Source: Dirinaria sp. TL-2023a (lineage: Eukaryota). From it: a DNA stretch of 50,182 nt. This document shows positions 35,359 through 47,892 of the stretch, piece by piece. The notes below the pieces were generated by a model that saw nothing but the letters and a program-made list of their open reading frames with translations, ran no database searches and was not told the origin of the DNA. The translations under genes and the position numbers were made by a program. Each line of letters begins with the position of its first letter. Position 1 is the stretch's first letter. The stretch covers positions 1-50,182 of the forward strand of contig JAVEBF010000023.1 of the NCBI GenBank assembly GCA_051941275.1, read 5' to 3'.

Positions 35359-36498
35359 GGTGGTGCAGAATGCTCAGCAAGCCCGCATTTCATAGTGCGT
35401 GGCTTCAAGAATTATGTACCTTACGGTACTTGTGTTTGCACTTCAAAATTCTTAGCTGGGCTTCCACACACTGAGTGCTGAGGTGCGGGCTATACTGTAT
35501 TTAAACAATGCTGTGGAGTAACATGCAGGCCATACCTTCACTATCGGATTGAACAAACTTTTAATAGACCGATCGCTTTCAATTGCGCGTTCTTCACTCA
35601 TTGCTACACCTTAATCTCCCATCCACTTTTCACGCAACCTGCTATCAAACTGGCAATTGCACGAGGTTTGTCATACATGAATTCCTCAATCCGTCTCGTG
35701 GATGTTGCACGCTCGGTCGTGTCTCAACCTCGACACTATATTCGCCTTACCAGCATTAAAGTAGCCTATGACAGAGTCTCGTCGTCCAGACAGATCAGGG
35801 TGCAGATACTGAAATGCGACGAGTCAACGGATCGTCTCTGCGCTCCGGTTTAATCTGGAAGATGATGGCCGGTCAGTGACAAGGTTACTGGCATAGGTCG
35901 CGGAACCAACGCCTTCACTAGCAACGGAAGATATAGGAACGTTAACAGAAATGCATGTGACCACTCTCCAAAATCCAAGTCTCACCGGCCCCATATTCTC
36001 CATTGAAACACGAAACCAATCAAAACTGCGTTTGAGATTTCTCTGAGACATGGTCAATTCGCCGCCAGGCTGTGGTTATGTGTATGACCCTCTGGAGGAA
36101 CATCGCGCGTTCTGCGATCTGATTGGCTCCGCACGCGGATCGCGAACTTCACCAATCTTTTGAAAGGGGAAGCTAGCGCTGTGAACAAGAACATCACCCT
36201 CCATTGTTTCGCAGCGAATGTTCGTCAAATAATACAAGTAGAATTGTTCATCACACAGAAAAGATAGGTATCTCCCCAGTTTGAAAAGTTTGCAAGTCAC
36301 GTCAATTCTCTTGTCGCTCCAAAACAATGGCATTGATCGACGGAAGTCCGCCTTGAGTATTTATACCAAAAGGCTTTCCTCGGGTGTGTTCCTAAGAAGG
36401 TAGCCTTGCAACCTTCAGCGCCGCTCCGCCATCTCAGATCTATCTTAGATACCATATTTCCCCAATCCTCAAAAAAAAACCCCCCTGTTGCACGAATC

Positions 36499-37122
36499 AT
36501 GCTCTCTGGCTTCGCCTACTCAGCGCTGGCGCTGGTCATTTTCCCTCTCACCTTCGCACTCCCCATTTTTGAGAGGGGCATGTGTCTCACCGCTGCGCAA
36601 GTGCAAGCCGTAGCTCCCAAATCTTCGAGCTGTGACAACGCGCCTGCTGCAGGACAATGCCGTACCGCCGCGCAAGCCGCACCGGCCATTCTCAATTCCT
36701 TCAATGCGTTCGGCATCACTTCCCAGGGGGAACAGGCAGCCGTACTAGGTATCATGGCGTTCGAGTCCGGGGACTTCAAGTACGACACGCCCATCGTCCC
36801 CACACCTGGCAAAGGCACCCGAAATATGCAGTCCGCCGATTTCAACAAAAAGTACGCCATGTCGATCCCGGGACTGGCCCCCAAGGTCGCGGCGGTTGCG
36901 AACGACCCGGATGCGATCCGCGGACTCTTGACCTCGAATGATTATTACGATTTCGGATCGGGGGCGTGGTTCTTGGCGACTCAGTGTACGCCCGCGGTGA
37001 GATCTGGCTTGGCAACCGGGAGTTTATCAGGATGGCAGGCGTACATTACAAGTTGCGTTGAAACTACACCCACCAGTGACCGACAGGCCTATTGGGAGAG
37101 GGCGGTCCAGGCATTGAAATAA
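36499..37122 (+). CDS. Secreted protein with a lysozyme-like/GH19-like motif
   Basis: Signal peptide MLSGFAYSALALVIFPLTFA, APKSSSC..C.TAAQAAP, EQAAVLGIMAFESGDFKY, PGKGTRNMQS, DFGSGAWFLATQC. Intronless, GC-rich coding composition. Confidence 0.8.
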   Translation: MLSGFAYSALALVIFPLTFALPIFERGMCLTAAQVQAVAPKSSSCDNAPAAGQCRTAAQAAPAILNSFNAFGITSQGEQAAVLGIMAFESGDFKYDTPIVPTPGKGTRNMQSADFNKKYAMSIPGLAPKVAAVANDPDAIRGLLTSNDYYDFGSGAWFLATQCTPAVRSGLATGSLSGWQAYITSCVETTPTSDRQAYWERAVQALK

Positions 37123-37310
37123 CTGTCCGAGTGCGGAGGCGAAGATGAGGCAAGGGGGTTTTGAGAGACAGTCAATGTGTACTAGTTAGATATAGAGATA
37201 AATAATCAAGAATAGCATGTGTCGACCTTGACAGCAAAAAGCGTAGTCTGTAAGTCAATGAGAACGATGCCGCTGGCATTTTTACCTTACCGTTGGTGTT
37301 ATTGCTCGCC

Positions 37311-37927
37311 CTACCCTATGTCCAACCTACCGCCCACTAGATCTTTGCCTTGGCACGGCCCCGAATGCAGAACCTGGTGGGCAGGTACAGCCCCTCCAGC
37401 AGTTGGGATTTGCAGCACTACACTCAGCTCGGTGAAGACCGTTACATGCCCTGTCTTGCTAACGGCCGCCGTATCAACCGCGAGGAGTAAGCCGTTGAGA
37501 CCGCTGCTTACAAAAGCCGGTTGTGAGGAACCCGGAACAGTGATTTCGCATGCGCCAGATAGAAGCATGACGTATCTAACACAAGACCGGCCCGCCTCCA
37601 AGTCAGCGTCGCTTGACTTCAAAGGATGGCAAATAGCTAGGGCAAATGGCTGCAATACTGCACCGCAGGCGGCACATGAGCGCCCCCGTTTGTTCCCGCT
37701 GGTATAATGTCGTAGGTGCCGTTCGCCAGATCCCCGAGCGGCGTCGTCAATGACCCCTGGGTGCCACGCTGCTCAGATGTCGTGAAGGGGGATGCGAGTT
37801 GCCAGCATTCGATCGTGGACGATTGGTTGGCTGCAGCGGTCGTCGTCAGGTTGAGGTAGGTAGCCGCGAGAGCGAGCTTCGGCAGCCATAGGAGGCATGA
37901 CACGCTTGCGAGGAACCAGAAGCGCAT
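37311..37927 (-). CDS. Small secreted protein, probable cupin-like beta-barrel (intron 37576-37658)
   Basis: Signal peptide MRFWFLASVSCLLWLPKLALA, STIECWQL, spliced GAHVPPAVQ|YVMLLSG, LLLAVDT..SKTGH, and PAHQVLHSGPC. Confidence 0.82.
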
Positions 37928-40512
37928 GATTTGTTTGTTGTATTATTTTACGGATCAATGATCGATGACTGCGTGCGACAAGAGGTGGTCGGTTTTTGAA
38001 GGCGGCGCCTGGGGTCTTATGACGATTGGTGGCCACTGGTCATCAGCTGCTTGAGCAGCTCCTTCCCGCGCTCCAAGCGGCCCATTGATAATGCTGGCGA
38101 GCATGGCGGCGGTGGTTGGGAGGTATCAGCCGTGTAGGATCAGACTGGAAGATTTAATGCCTCATAGGACAAAACTCTTCGAAGTGAACCCGTCTTCCCC
38201 AAGAGAAGAACACAAGCCTCCACCAACCATAGCACTTATTGTTGAACCCTAGTCAAGATACCGACCAATCATTTTATCCAGTTATTGAACGGTGTGGTGG
38301 AGTCACTGCACTGATTGACTAAGGCAGAAGCAAATCCTGCAAATCCTCTATATGTGCGGAGCATGGATTTACATGAGGTTACAGCACAAAGTAAGGTATC
38401 TACTGTAGGCCGAGCGGCCCTGGGGGTTTTGGAGGGTTAGGGTTAGCGGAAGATGTCTGATCAGGACTAGCTTCCTGCATTGTGTTATACCGTACTTTAT
38501 GCTTTCTAATTTAACCATCATTATTACTCGCATCTCATCCCCCATTATTGCACTGCATATAATGGCATTGTGATGTCAGGCTCAGACTCAAAAGAATGTT
38601 ACTATCTTTCAAACACGGCTTTTCTCCTTCTGTGCGAAACGATGTTGCAGGAATTAATCCGCTTCGAAATATTCTTTCTCCAATCAAATCCTCAAAGCGT
38701 TGCCCGGAATATTGAATTGTCTCATCGATACGTGTGTACACACTGCGCGTTCTCCATATGACGTGCGTCATCTACTGGATCGTTTGCTGCTTACAATGCC
38801 TTCTCACTAAGAAGATGTCTCAAAGGCCAACATAATTGTGCTAACAGCTACTTCATTTGAGCTGAAGTGTCGCAAGCGTCTTCAAATCACCCCTCAGCGA
38901 CCGTTCTAGAACTACTCACAAAAACGATGGTGATGCTGTTAATAGTGGACCCCCCCTGAGAATGCAGAAGCCCAAATCAGGTAGAGCTAGAAGTGGGGAT
39001 CGGCCAGGTAAAGAAGAAGGCAAGAATAGTAGTGGAAGCCATCAACACCGAGCGCAATGAGTCATCCATTAACATGAATAAGTACTCAGCAAATGATATT
39101 CGAACACGTGATATGGACGCACAATGAAAAGCGTTCAAAAGGGGAACCTATTGGTTTCTGATGGATTGCCGATTTTTCGACTAGACTTCCTTTCCCGTGA
39201 TCACCGCGTTTGGACAGCGTAGAGTTGTACTTGTGGCATAACATTAGTAGCGATGGTAAAGCAAAAAGTGCTGAGCCTCTAAGCTGACTGTGCAACACAA
39301 ATCCAAAAAAGATCGTTTCCCGGTAGGGTCGACAGCGTCCACGGGCGGTCTCTCGTACCTGCATGAACATGCTCCGCTTTCAGGATCAAAACGGGCGTCT
39401 AGCGAGGTACAGCTTCAAATAGGGTCCAATTACAGCACTTTTAGACCAAGAGCCGCAATTCTCCGAGGACCTACAAAATATCTACTCGTACTAGTACTGA
39501 GATTAGGGCGACTTAGATCCCGTGCCTCAGCCCTATCCTACATGAAACAATGACGCGGCCTTCGACCTCACTGCTCCTCAATGACATTTGACACAACCTA
39601 ATAGTAATTCCCGAACACCCACTTCCGTTTGAAGAGAAACAAAGAGCTGTATAAGCACAGATATAGAAACGCGGATCATAACGCTTGATCGTCACGGTAC
39701 GAACGATAAAATGGAACGACGAATCTTACTCAATGTCCCTGACCCCCTTCCTGGATACCCTGTCGAGAAGCATCCTCTGGTAAGTGCAAGTAGTAAGTTA
39801 TCAAGATCTCTTTCAATGTTGCAATAGATTTGGGGGCCAGAGTCCGCGCAAGCTCTACGATCAAGCCATTCTCTTAGTCCTTCGTTCAAATCAAGGCCGT
39901 AGTCCAACGACCACCATCGATAGTAGCACAAAATATGTTGGATCTATGCCTTGACGAACAGGCTTTGCGACAAGCGAGCATCTCATGGAAATGAAGCTTC
40001 TATATTGGGTTGCATCTGCTCGACTGGCCGCGCCCTAAGCTTCGATGCGGCTTGTCAACCCGAATCTCATAGGACGAATTGAGCCGAGAGCTATCAAGTC
40101 TCTGAGACATTTCAATCTCAAGACTTGCAACAACCCTGGCTGAGAGCATGCCTAGGGTGTAATATTGGCACAATGCTTGCTAGGAAGGTAGTGAGCGTCC
40201 AAGACCAACAAAGTGGTACGTAGTCTGCCGCGAATTTTGGCGGGTTGGGGCCAAGGTCAGGAGGAAATGACTTCGATATGGTTCTAGGATGTGTAACAAT
40301 AAGGTATGGGATAGTAGATAGGGAGTACTTGCCCAAAGATATAAAGACGAGGAAGAACCTCCTCTTGCTCGATATCATCCACAGCGCATTCCGGCCTTCA
40401 GCAGTTTCCACTCCATACTTATTCACAAAACCTCCAGTCTCTCCTTGACAGGCATTACTGATAAGACTTTCCATCTTCGGATACTCGTACAATCGACCAG
40501 CTCCAATCCAAC

Positions 40513-41160
40513 ATGCGTTTCACAGAGACCCTTATCGCCTTGGTGGCCATGGGCGCCTTTGCATTCCCGGCATTCGGAGCCCCTGTTGCTGATACGGATG
40601 ATACGGAACCCCCCGTCTTCCTCGATGACAAGCTTGCCGCTGAGCATAGTACCAACGCCACGATCGATGCTGTCGAGGCATCTGGTGTCGGCCATGCACA
40701 CATCCGTAACGCTTGCCCCTTCGACATTGTGCTATTACGCTGCTTTCAGCCCCACGCCGGCAAACCTGCAGGCTGCAATAACCTCCAGCACCTCAAAGCC
40801 AACGGCGGCACCCATACCGAGCAGTACACCCCATACGCCAACGACGGGATTTCCCTCAAGGTCCGCAAGGAGAATGGCGATTTCGAAAACCATATCCTCC
40901 AATTTGAGTATACCAACCGAGGACCGGATCTCCATCCTCGTATCTCGTACGATGTCAGCGAAGTCAATTCCGATACTGGTGATTTCTGGAGGAAGCAAGG
41001 TTCTGGCGGCTTCTCGGTTACGTCCAGCAGCAATAGCTGCTTTTCCAAGCACTGCACGCCACCTATTAACAATTGCGCGGGCGTTTTCACCTCTCCGCCA
41101 CACGGTGTTGTGCACTACTGCGGGTACGGAGCTGACATCGGTTTGACGGTCTGCGGCTGA
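40513..41160 (+). CDS. Secreted Bys1/antigenic thaumatin-like domain protein
   Basis: Signal peptide MRFTETLIALVAMGAFAFPAFGAP, an acidic spacer, then GHAHIRNACPFDI, GISLKV, ILQFEYT, ISYDVSEV and C-terminal DIGLTVC, following the Bys1 pattern. Confidence 0.82.
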   Translation: MRFTETLIALVAMGAFAFPAFGAPVADTDDTEPPVFLDDKLAAEHSTNATIDAVEASGVGHAHIRNACPFDIVLLRCFQPHAGKPAGCNNLQHLKANGGTHTEQYTPYANDGISLKVRKENGDFENHILQFEYTNRGPDLHPRISYDVSEVNSDTGDFWRKQGSGGFSVTSSSNSCFSKHCTPPINNCAGVFTSPPHGVVHYCGYGADIGLTVCG

Positions 41161-41523
41161 AAAGCCACTAAGCTCCAATGACCTTTATGGTCACGAAACG
41201 TCAACTGATAGGGTGTGAAGGCAGCGGCCGATGCCAGCTACCCTTTGGGAGTCGTTGCACTTGCGAATTTTCTTTGGATTGGTCTGGTTTCGTCTGTAGT
41301 CCACTGTGCTTATTCAAAGTTGGTGATCAACATTCTTTTGTTGCACTTGGGGGTTTCACTCGTTATGCCTGTAGTTAGTCTTTGATTTCTTGATATTCCC
41401 TACTGCTAAGGAACATGCATCGTATCACGTATATCGATCATTTTGCCCAAACTTTCCAAAAAATCAAGACGATGACAGTTGACGAGTTGCTTCACACTCG
41501 ATTTTGCGACACTGCTTCGTCCG

Positions 41524-42989
41524 TCAATGTTGTAGAAGCCCGACGTTCCATTCCCGAAATTTTCTTGCCGATGCAGGCAAATATTGGTTGCTTTCGTCCA
41601 GATTAGATATTAAGACGGGCAGGATATGGTCTGGTAGCTTCAATTCGTCGACTTTCATGCCTTGCCTTTGGAGAGCAGCTGAAGGGTCCTCAATAGACCG
41701 GTACAGAATTTTCATCGCTCGTCTAGGTCCTGCTTCTAGCGCAGACGTAGAGTACTTGAGATCCGGTGTCAGTACCCAAAGCTGTGGTCCACAAGGTCAG
41801 AAAACTTTGAGCTATCAAAACAGCTTAAGCCTAGCTCACCAACAAAGCATTTTGAGACACCGTATTATCGCCACTGCAAGCTAAGTACGTGTATATCGCT
41901 TGGCTTTCGATAAGTTCCAGCAACTTTGCGCATGCGAAGTTCTGTACACTGTATTCTGCCCACAATTGTTGTTTGGCGGCACGCAGACTTAAGCTCCATT
42001 TGTCCAGCTGTACGCTCCCAATGTCATCCCTGTAATTCCCCAACACGGATGCACATACAGTGCATTCGATAGTCGAAACTGAATCTATGCTCTTCTAAAA
42101 CGCAGTGATAAATTAGCGTGTACCCACAGTAGTATTCGAAGTCTACTTCTGGTGTGCTTCGCAGACTGAGCGCTAATTTGGACGAACAATGCGTCAGCTT
42201 ATTCGAGCCAGCAACCCATCATGTAGCAAACGACAGAGGGTACATCCAGCTCTCAAACCAGCGCTATATGGGATTTGCTTTGGGACGATTGTATCGGTGG
42301 ACATGTCATAGATCCAACATGTAATTGGGACATGTCTCCTTCTTGTCGTCCAGATAATATGCGAAGGTGAGGCTCTAGTAAATTGACTTTTGAGACAGCT
42401 CACTTACCTCGATTCCCATGCAGTCACCCTCCGTCAGTAGAAAATGTAAAGTATCTACGAAACCAATACCAGGCTGCGCGATAAGTCTGTCAGAAGCATC
42501 ATATCCTTTATTTGACCCTCGATGCGGACTTTCGACGTGTGGTTTGTGGCAGTACCAGAAATCCATCATCTCAGCCCAATTGTCGCTGGGCAGATTCTTC
42601 CATGTAAGAACAGTGTCTTTGACGACAATGTTTCTACACGAACGACACGCTATTTGAGTCTGCGAAGCCACGGCCGATGCCGGCCATATAGTGTGTTGTT
42701 CTCGCATGGACGCACAATCGTCTGCTACTGTTTGAGGTTCGGTTGGAATTTGAAGGCGAAATGAAATTTCGGTGAGTCCCAGTACGGGTTTTTTGAGATC
42801 TGCAATTTCCGCTACCCTACATGGTAACAGAAATTCTGATTTGTGTTGATCATGAAACACGCGAAGGGCTTCCGAATCACTAAACAGCTCGAACGTTGTG
42901 CCATGGTTTGTAGGGGAAGGTAAAGTCACATAGACGGTTACTTGCCGGATGTTGACTAGTAGTTCAGCGTATATTTGGATCGATGTCAT
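41524..42989 (-). CDS. IPA1: HECT-like E3 / ubiquitin-conjugating enzyme E2-binding protein (UBE3D/Ipa1 family, multi-exon)
   Basis: IYAELLVNIRQV, CRSC, WKNLPSDNWAEMMDFWYCHKP, and C-terminal AMKILYR...LDESNQYLPASARKFREWNVGLL. Confidence 0.85.
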
Positions 42990-43451
42990 GGCAGCACTTG
43001 GCTGCGCCGGTGGGAGTGATTAGAATGACGATCTCGAATTCGAGCGGGTAGTTGGTGGTATATCAATTAGCTATAAAGCAATATGAGATTCCAGCCAAGT
43101 AAGGTATATACTTTGGTAAGTTGAGCTCGTTGTTCACTACCTTGCTGTACATAAAGTAAGAATACCTAAGGTTAGAGTCCAAGTCAGATTCAATTGATCG
43201 ACAGCAAGGATCAAATGTTGCAGCGGAATCAATGTCGATCTCCCGCCAAGCTCCCTCGGCTCCCTCGGCTCCTCTTCAAATGTGCGGGGAGGCGGGGTCG
43301 TCGAATACATGTACTTAATATGTACTCCGTATTTCAGTCTTACTCACTTTACAAGGAGGGTCGGAAGCTACCGTATGTAAGTCCCTTAGCGACTACAATC
43401 CTAAAGAATCTATCTTCTACATCTCTTGGGCCCTGCTCTTCACAGCCAGCC

Positions 43452-44840
43452 ATGTTCTCCTCATTCTCCTCCTTCGCCAATCCACTCAGCTTTCTGGGCC
43501 GGAGCTCGGGCATAGCCATCGACCTCAAATCCGTAGATATCCATGATATCGAAACGCAGCATGACAAACGAGCCAGGACATTAAAGCATCTGATCAAGCT
43601 GAACCATGCAAGCCATTCAATCCTTTATCACGAACTTCAGTTCCACAATCATATGCCCCACGTCTGTTGAAATCTACTCCAGCTTGCCATTCAGCTATCA
43701 TATGCTGAGCGGCCGGCAGATACTAGGCTCAGCATACCTCCTTGGGTCACCTTCCGAGCACCTCAACGATATCTACGAGCAAGAAGCCAAAGAGCTTGAA
43801 GCATGGAAAGATTCCCCCGGCGAAATATCTCGACATGATTGGCGGGACTACCTAGGCAAGGCGGAGTAAAGGCGCGCTCGCACTGTCCAGGTTTCCTGAG
43901 CTTATACCTCACCAGATACCAGCGAGCGTTTGTGGACTTTTTCGAAGATGAGCTGGTCCTAAATAGCTACAATTGGCGGCAAGTTGTTGACGAGTACCTG
44001 TTCAAAGGCAAAGAGCCACTCGTCAACTGCTTAGTCGCTGGACGTATGGGTGGCATCCCAAACCACGGAACCCTAAGCTACTGACTTTGCGCATTAGTCG
44101 GCCATCCGTTGATCCACCTAGGCTATGCCTACGAGACGTCAAGCCGTGACCTGGCGATGGAGGCACTTGCAATGGCCACGACTTGCTATGATTTCTTGCA
44201 TAAGTATCTCGATGACCCTTCGTACTCTAAAACTTCCACTTACAGCACATCTTCGCCCTTGGATATCTTAGCTCGCATTCGAGAGGATAAACGATTCGAT
44301 GAACTCTATGATCACGTTGGCAACGATCTTGGGCCGCTATTTGAGCAACACGAGGACGCAGTTCTGGAGCATTGGAATGCGTGGCATATATCCAGTCCGC
44401 GAGAACAATTCGAAAACAGCCAGCAGGCCGCAGTGGCTTTACTTGTGGCCACTCATAAGCCAGGAAGCGACTACGACTTTTTCCTTGTGCATCTCTTGAC
44501 GACAAGCCACGCAGTACGGATCATCTTGCCATTGATACCTGCCAAATTCCATGTCTCTCTGGTCAGGCAGTGGTGGTTGCTCACTTTATCCTACTACATT
44601 GCGCAATTGAGGCCACAAATTGATCTGGACCGCGTATCGAAGTTTGACATAAAGGGCAGAGATTGGTCTTGGGTAGACAAGCAAGCAGTCGGAGGGAAAC
44701 ATGGACTAGACCCACATTATGTTAAGGCTCTCAGGGCGATGAAAGAAGCCGCTAAGACTTGGGGAGACGATACAGAGTTCTATATCAAAGCAGCTGTGAA
44801 GTTTGGAGAAGAATTCGATGGGTGGGGTGGATTTGAGTAA
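43452..44840 (+). CDS. Questin oxidase family (DUF4243/MGS207-like) oxidoreductase (4 exons)
   Basis: ARTLKHLIKLNH..FHNHMPH|ILGSAYLLG, YQRAFVDFFEDEL, GHPLIHLGYAYE, YDFFLVHLLTTSHAVR and HYVKALRAM. Confidence 0.88.
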
Positions 44841-45105
44841 ACGACGTAGGAGCAGGACAGCAGAGTACTAGGGCGAATATAACGAAGGAAGGACCCTATG
44901 CCTGACGCAATGACGAAACAGAAATAATCGAAACTCGAGAGAACGGATATGAGCTTGAGTTGGGTTTTCGGACTGAACCTCTTTAGTCGTTGCTGCTGCT
45001 CAGTAGTGATGGGAAGTGCGCGGTATTAGGATGGAATCTTGCACTGCATAGGCCCCAGAATGATTTACCCTGCTCTAATGAACTTAAAGGGAATGAACCC
45101 CATAC

Positions 45106-46014
45106 TTACTGAGCTTTCGATTGCACAATTCCTAGTATTAATGTCAGTGACCTTGCAGAGCAGCTTGGACCAGAAATGACCCACTTTCAACATCTGCAAC
45201 ACTCTGCTGTAGAATTTGCTGGAGGTTTTTAGGATTCTCCAGCTCTTTCGTAACCTTGCCAATAATACTCTCAGCTAGCTCCCGCTGCTGCCTTTGCTTT
45301 ACCTGACCCTCATAACGCACCCACGAGTCCAAAACCTGCTTTGCTTCAGCAGCCAGAGCAGTGCGTTGCTCAAGCTCGAAAGCTTGTGCTTCAAGTCGTC
45401 CAGTTTCCTACCATAGCATTAGCTGTGCATCTAATACGTCACCCAACTCCGTTGAAAGCCCACCCTTGACACCTCGAACAAATTCTTCGTCACATCAACC
45501 ACGCTTCCTAACCGTTTGACATTATCAATGCGGTTCTGTACCGCCTTAGCGTGGTCTTCCCTCGCAGTATCCAAGATCCCTTTAATCTTGCTGATCTGGC
45601 CCTCGGCCCACGATTTATACAGTGGCCCACCGTATTGGTAGATAGCCCAGTAGACACTCAGAAGCGAAATCATGATGATTGTCTCCTCATTGACAATATA
45701 GATCTCATTGCTGATGGCGAATATCGAAAGAGCTGCGCCAGTGGAAAGTATGGCGGTTTTGGAGATTAGAGAGTTGCCTGGAAGAGAATCTATGATTGAT
45801 TGTGCACGTTTTTTTGGATCCTCGGCAGGTACATTGGAGGCATAGCGAGACGATATTACAGAAGACGACAGCGCTGGGAGAGGGCGAACGGAAATGTTAG
45901 GTCGCGCTCTGATGACGCCTTTTCTCAGTCAGGACCGTGCTCGACCTCATACATTGCCATTGGCACAGGGGTTTTCTACTTACCAATAGCACTCCGTGCC
46001 AGTCGAGAAGCCAT
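45106..46014 (-). CDS. ATP4: Mitochondrial ATP synthase subunit 4 (b) (4 exons)
   Basis: MASRLARSAI|G presequence, EDPKKRAQSIIDSLPGNSLISKTAILSTG, NEIYIVNEETI, VLDSWVRYEGQVKQRQQRELA, and final VADVE|RIVQSKAQ*. Confidence 0.95.
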
Positions 46015-46210
46015 TGTTTCTGCGTTGCTGGCGAGGTGTTAAGTACGCTGCAGCGGTAAGAGTACAAAGTTGTGCAGCGTAGAAAAAGGAGCTAAATCTT
46101 AAGCGGACCTTACCTTAGGTAACTTATTACTAATAAGTACACAAAGCCTAAGCCCACGGCACCGATCCTCATAACAGAAGCTCGAGGAATTATCGTGCAC
46201 AGATGCCAGC

Positions 46211-47892
46211 ATGATGGAAATGCACCCGGCAGAAGATACGGTAAGGAAGAAACGTAAGAGACGCCGTTCTGATGACTCGGTCGATGAGCAATCGAGGATA
46301 CTGCTGCTAGAGGAGCAGATACTGGAGTCGCAAAAAAACTTCAATCACATCGTCACTTTGCTCGACAATGTCCGAGGCAATGGTGCAAGTACTGGAGCTC
46401 TGCCTCGCTCGCTCACTCTCGTCGCGCTCTGCCGCATCTTCTTCAAGTTGATTGCTACGGGTAACCTGTCCAAAAGCCGCCAAGCATCACAGAATGAAGA
46501 GGTAATTACACAGTGGTTAAATGATCGACTTGACGATTACAAGGCCACACTACTAGAGAATCTATCAGAAGAAAATCCAGAAAGCCAAACGACGGCGCTT
46601 ACTTTGCTGATGAAATTGGTCAAAGGGGAAGCTGAGCACTTGCATTTATCGGAAGAGTCTATCTGGCGACGCGGCACATTCTCCAATATCGTGGCAACAT
46701 TGCTCAGCGCCGACGCAGCTACCACTAGTCGGCACCATTTCGTAGATAAATATGTCGACCCTTTTGTCGATATCCGATACCATATTTTCCGACATCTGGG
46801 GTCAGTTCCTTGCGAATTGATGTGTATATACGAGGCTAAATAAATATAGCGACTTTGCCAAGAAACAAAGCAATGAGATAAAGATAGGACATGTAATCTC
46901 AATTTTGGCCGATATTAGAAATATTCCAGAGAAGAAAGAAGATATTGAGAGCTTCTTTGTCCAACGGCCATCGACAGCAAAACACGATTTTCGTTCACTC
47001 GCTGCACACAAGAGGCGAGCGCAGGAAGCTTGGTTGGCAATACTCCGATATGACTTGAACAATCAGCAGCGCAAGATTATTCTCGGCTTCATGTCCCATC
47101 GGATTGCCCCGTGGTTTCTGAAGCCTGAGCTGCTCATGGATTTTCTCACCGATGCCTTTGATGAAGGCGGTTCTTCTTCCCTCATGGCACTTTCTGGGCT
47201 CTTTTATCTGATTCAAGAGCGGAACCTGGATTACCCTCAATTTTATCAGAAGCTGTATTCTCTAATAGACGCTAACATGTTGCATTCCAAGCATCGCTCG
47301 CAGTTTTTCCGGTTGCTAGACACCTTCCTATCTTCCACGCATTTACCAGCAGCTCTTGTAGCTAGCTTCATTAAGCGGCTTTCACGTCATTCACTTTACG
47401 CACCACCTTCAGCCATTGTGTTTATCGTTCCTTGGATCTACAATCTCCTTAAAACCCATTCGGCGTGTACCTTCATGATTCATCGGGCCACAGAAGGAAG
47501 GGACGGAGAAGACCCATTCCTCCTGGATGAAACAGATCCTATGGAGACAGATGCGATTGAGAGCAGTCTCTGGGAAATCCACACCCTGCAAGATCATTAC
47601 CATCCTAATGTGGCGACTATTGCTAGGATCATAGCCGAGCAGTTTACCAAACAAGCATACAACCTTGAGGATTTCTTAGATCACTCATACGATAGTGTAG
47701 GCGCCCATCATTCTCGATGCATAATCAAGGTCCTCGCTAAAAGAACACCAGATGCTCAATGCTGATTTAATAAAGGACATCAAAAAAATACCGGAGATTG
47801 AATACCAGATACCTAAGAAAATTTTTGCAGAGTACGAAGTAGCCGCAGGGCGAATGAATAGCTTTCTCATAGATATTTGCAACTTCAATTGA
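46211..47892 (+). CDS. NOC4: Nucleolar complex protein 4 (CBF/Mak21 family; 3 exons)
   Basis: PELLMDFLTD, LMALSGLFYLIQERNLDYPQFYQKLYSL, FLSSTHLPAALVASFIKRLSR, AIESSLWEI.TLQDHYHPNVATIA and YNLEDFLDHSY. Confidence 0.95.

Noticed and set aside
38000..40500. Short ORFs and protein-like fragments upstream of the Bys1-like gene
   Set aside because: Interrupted by stops in all frames, with no identifiable domain.
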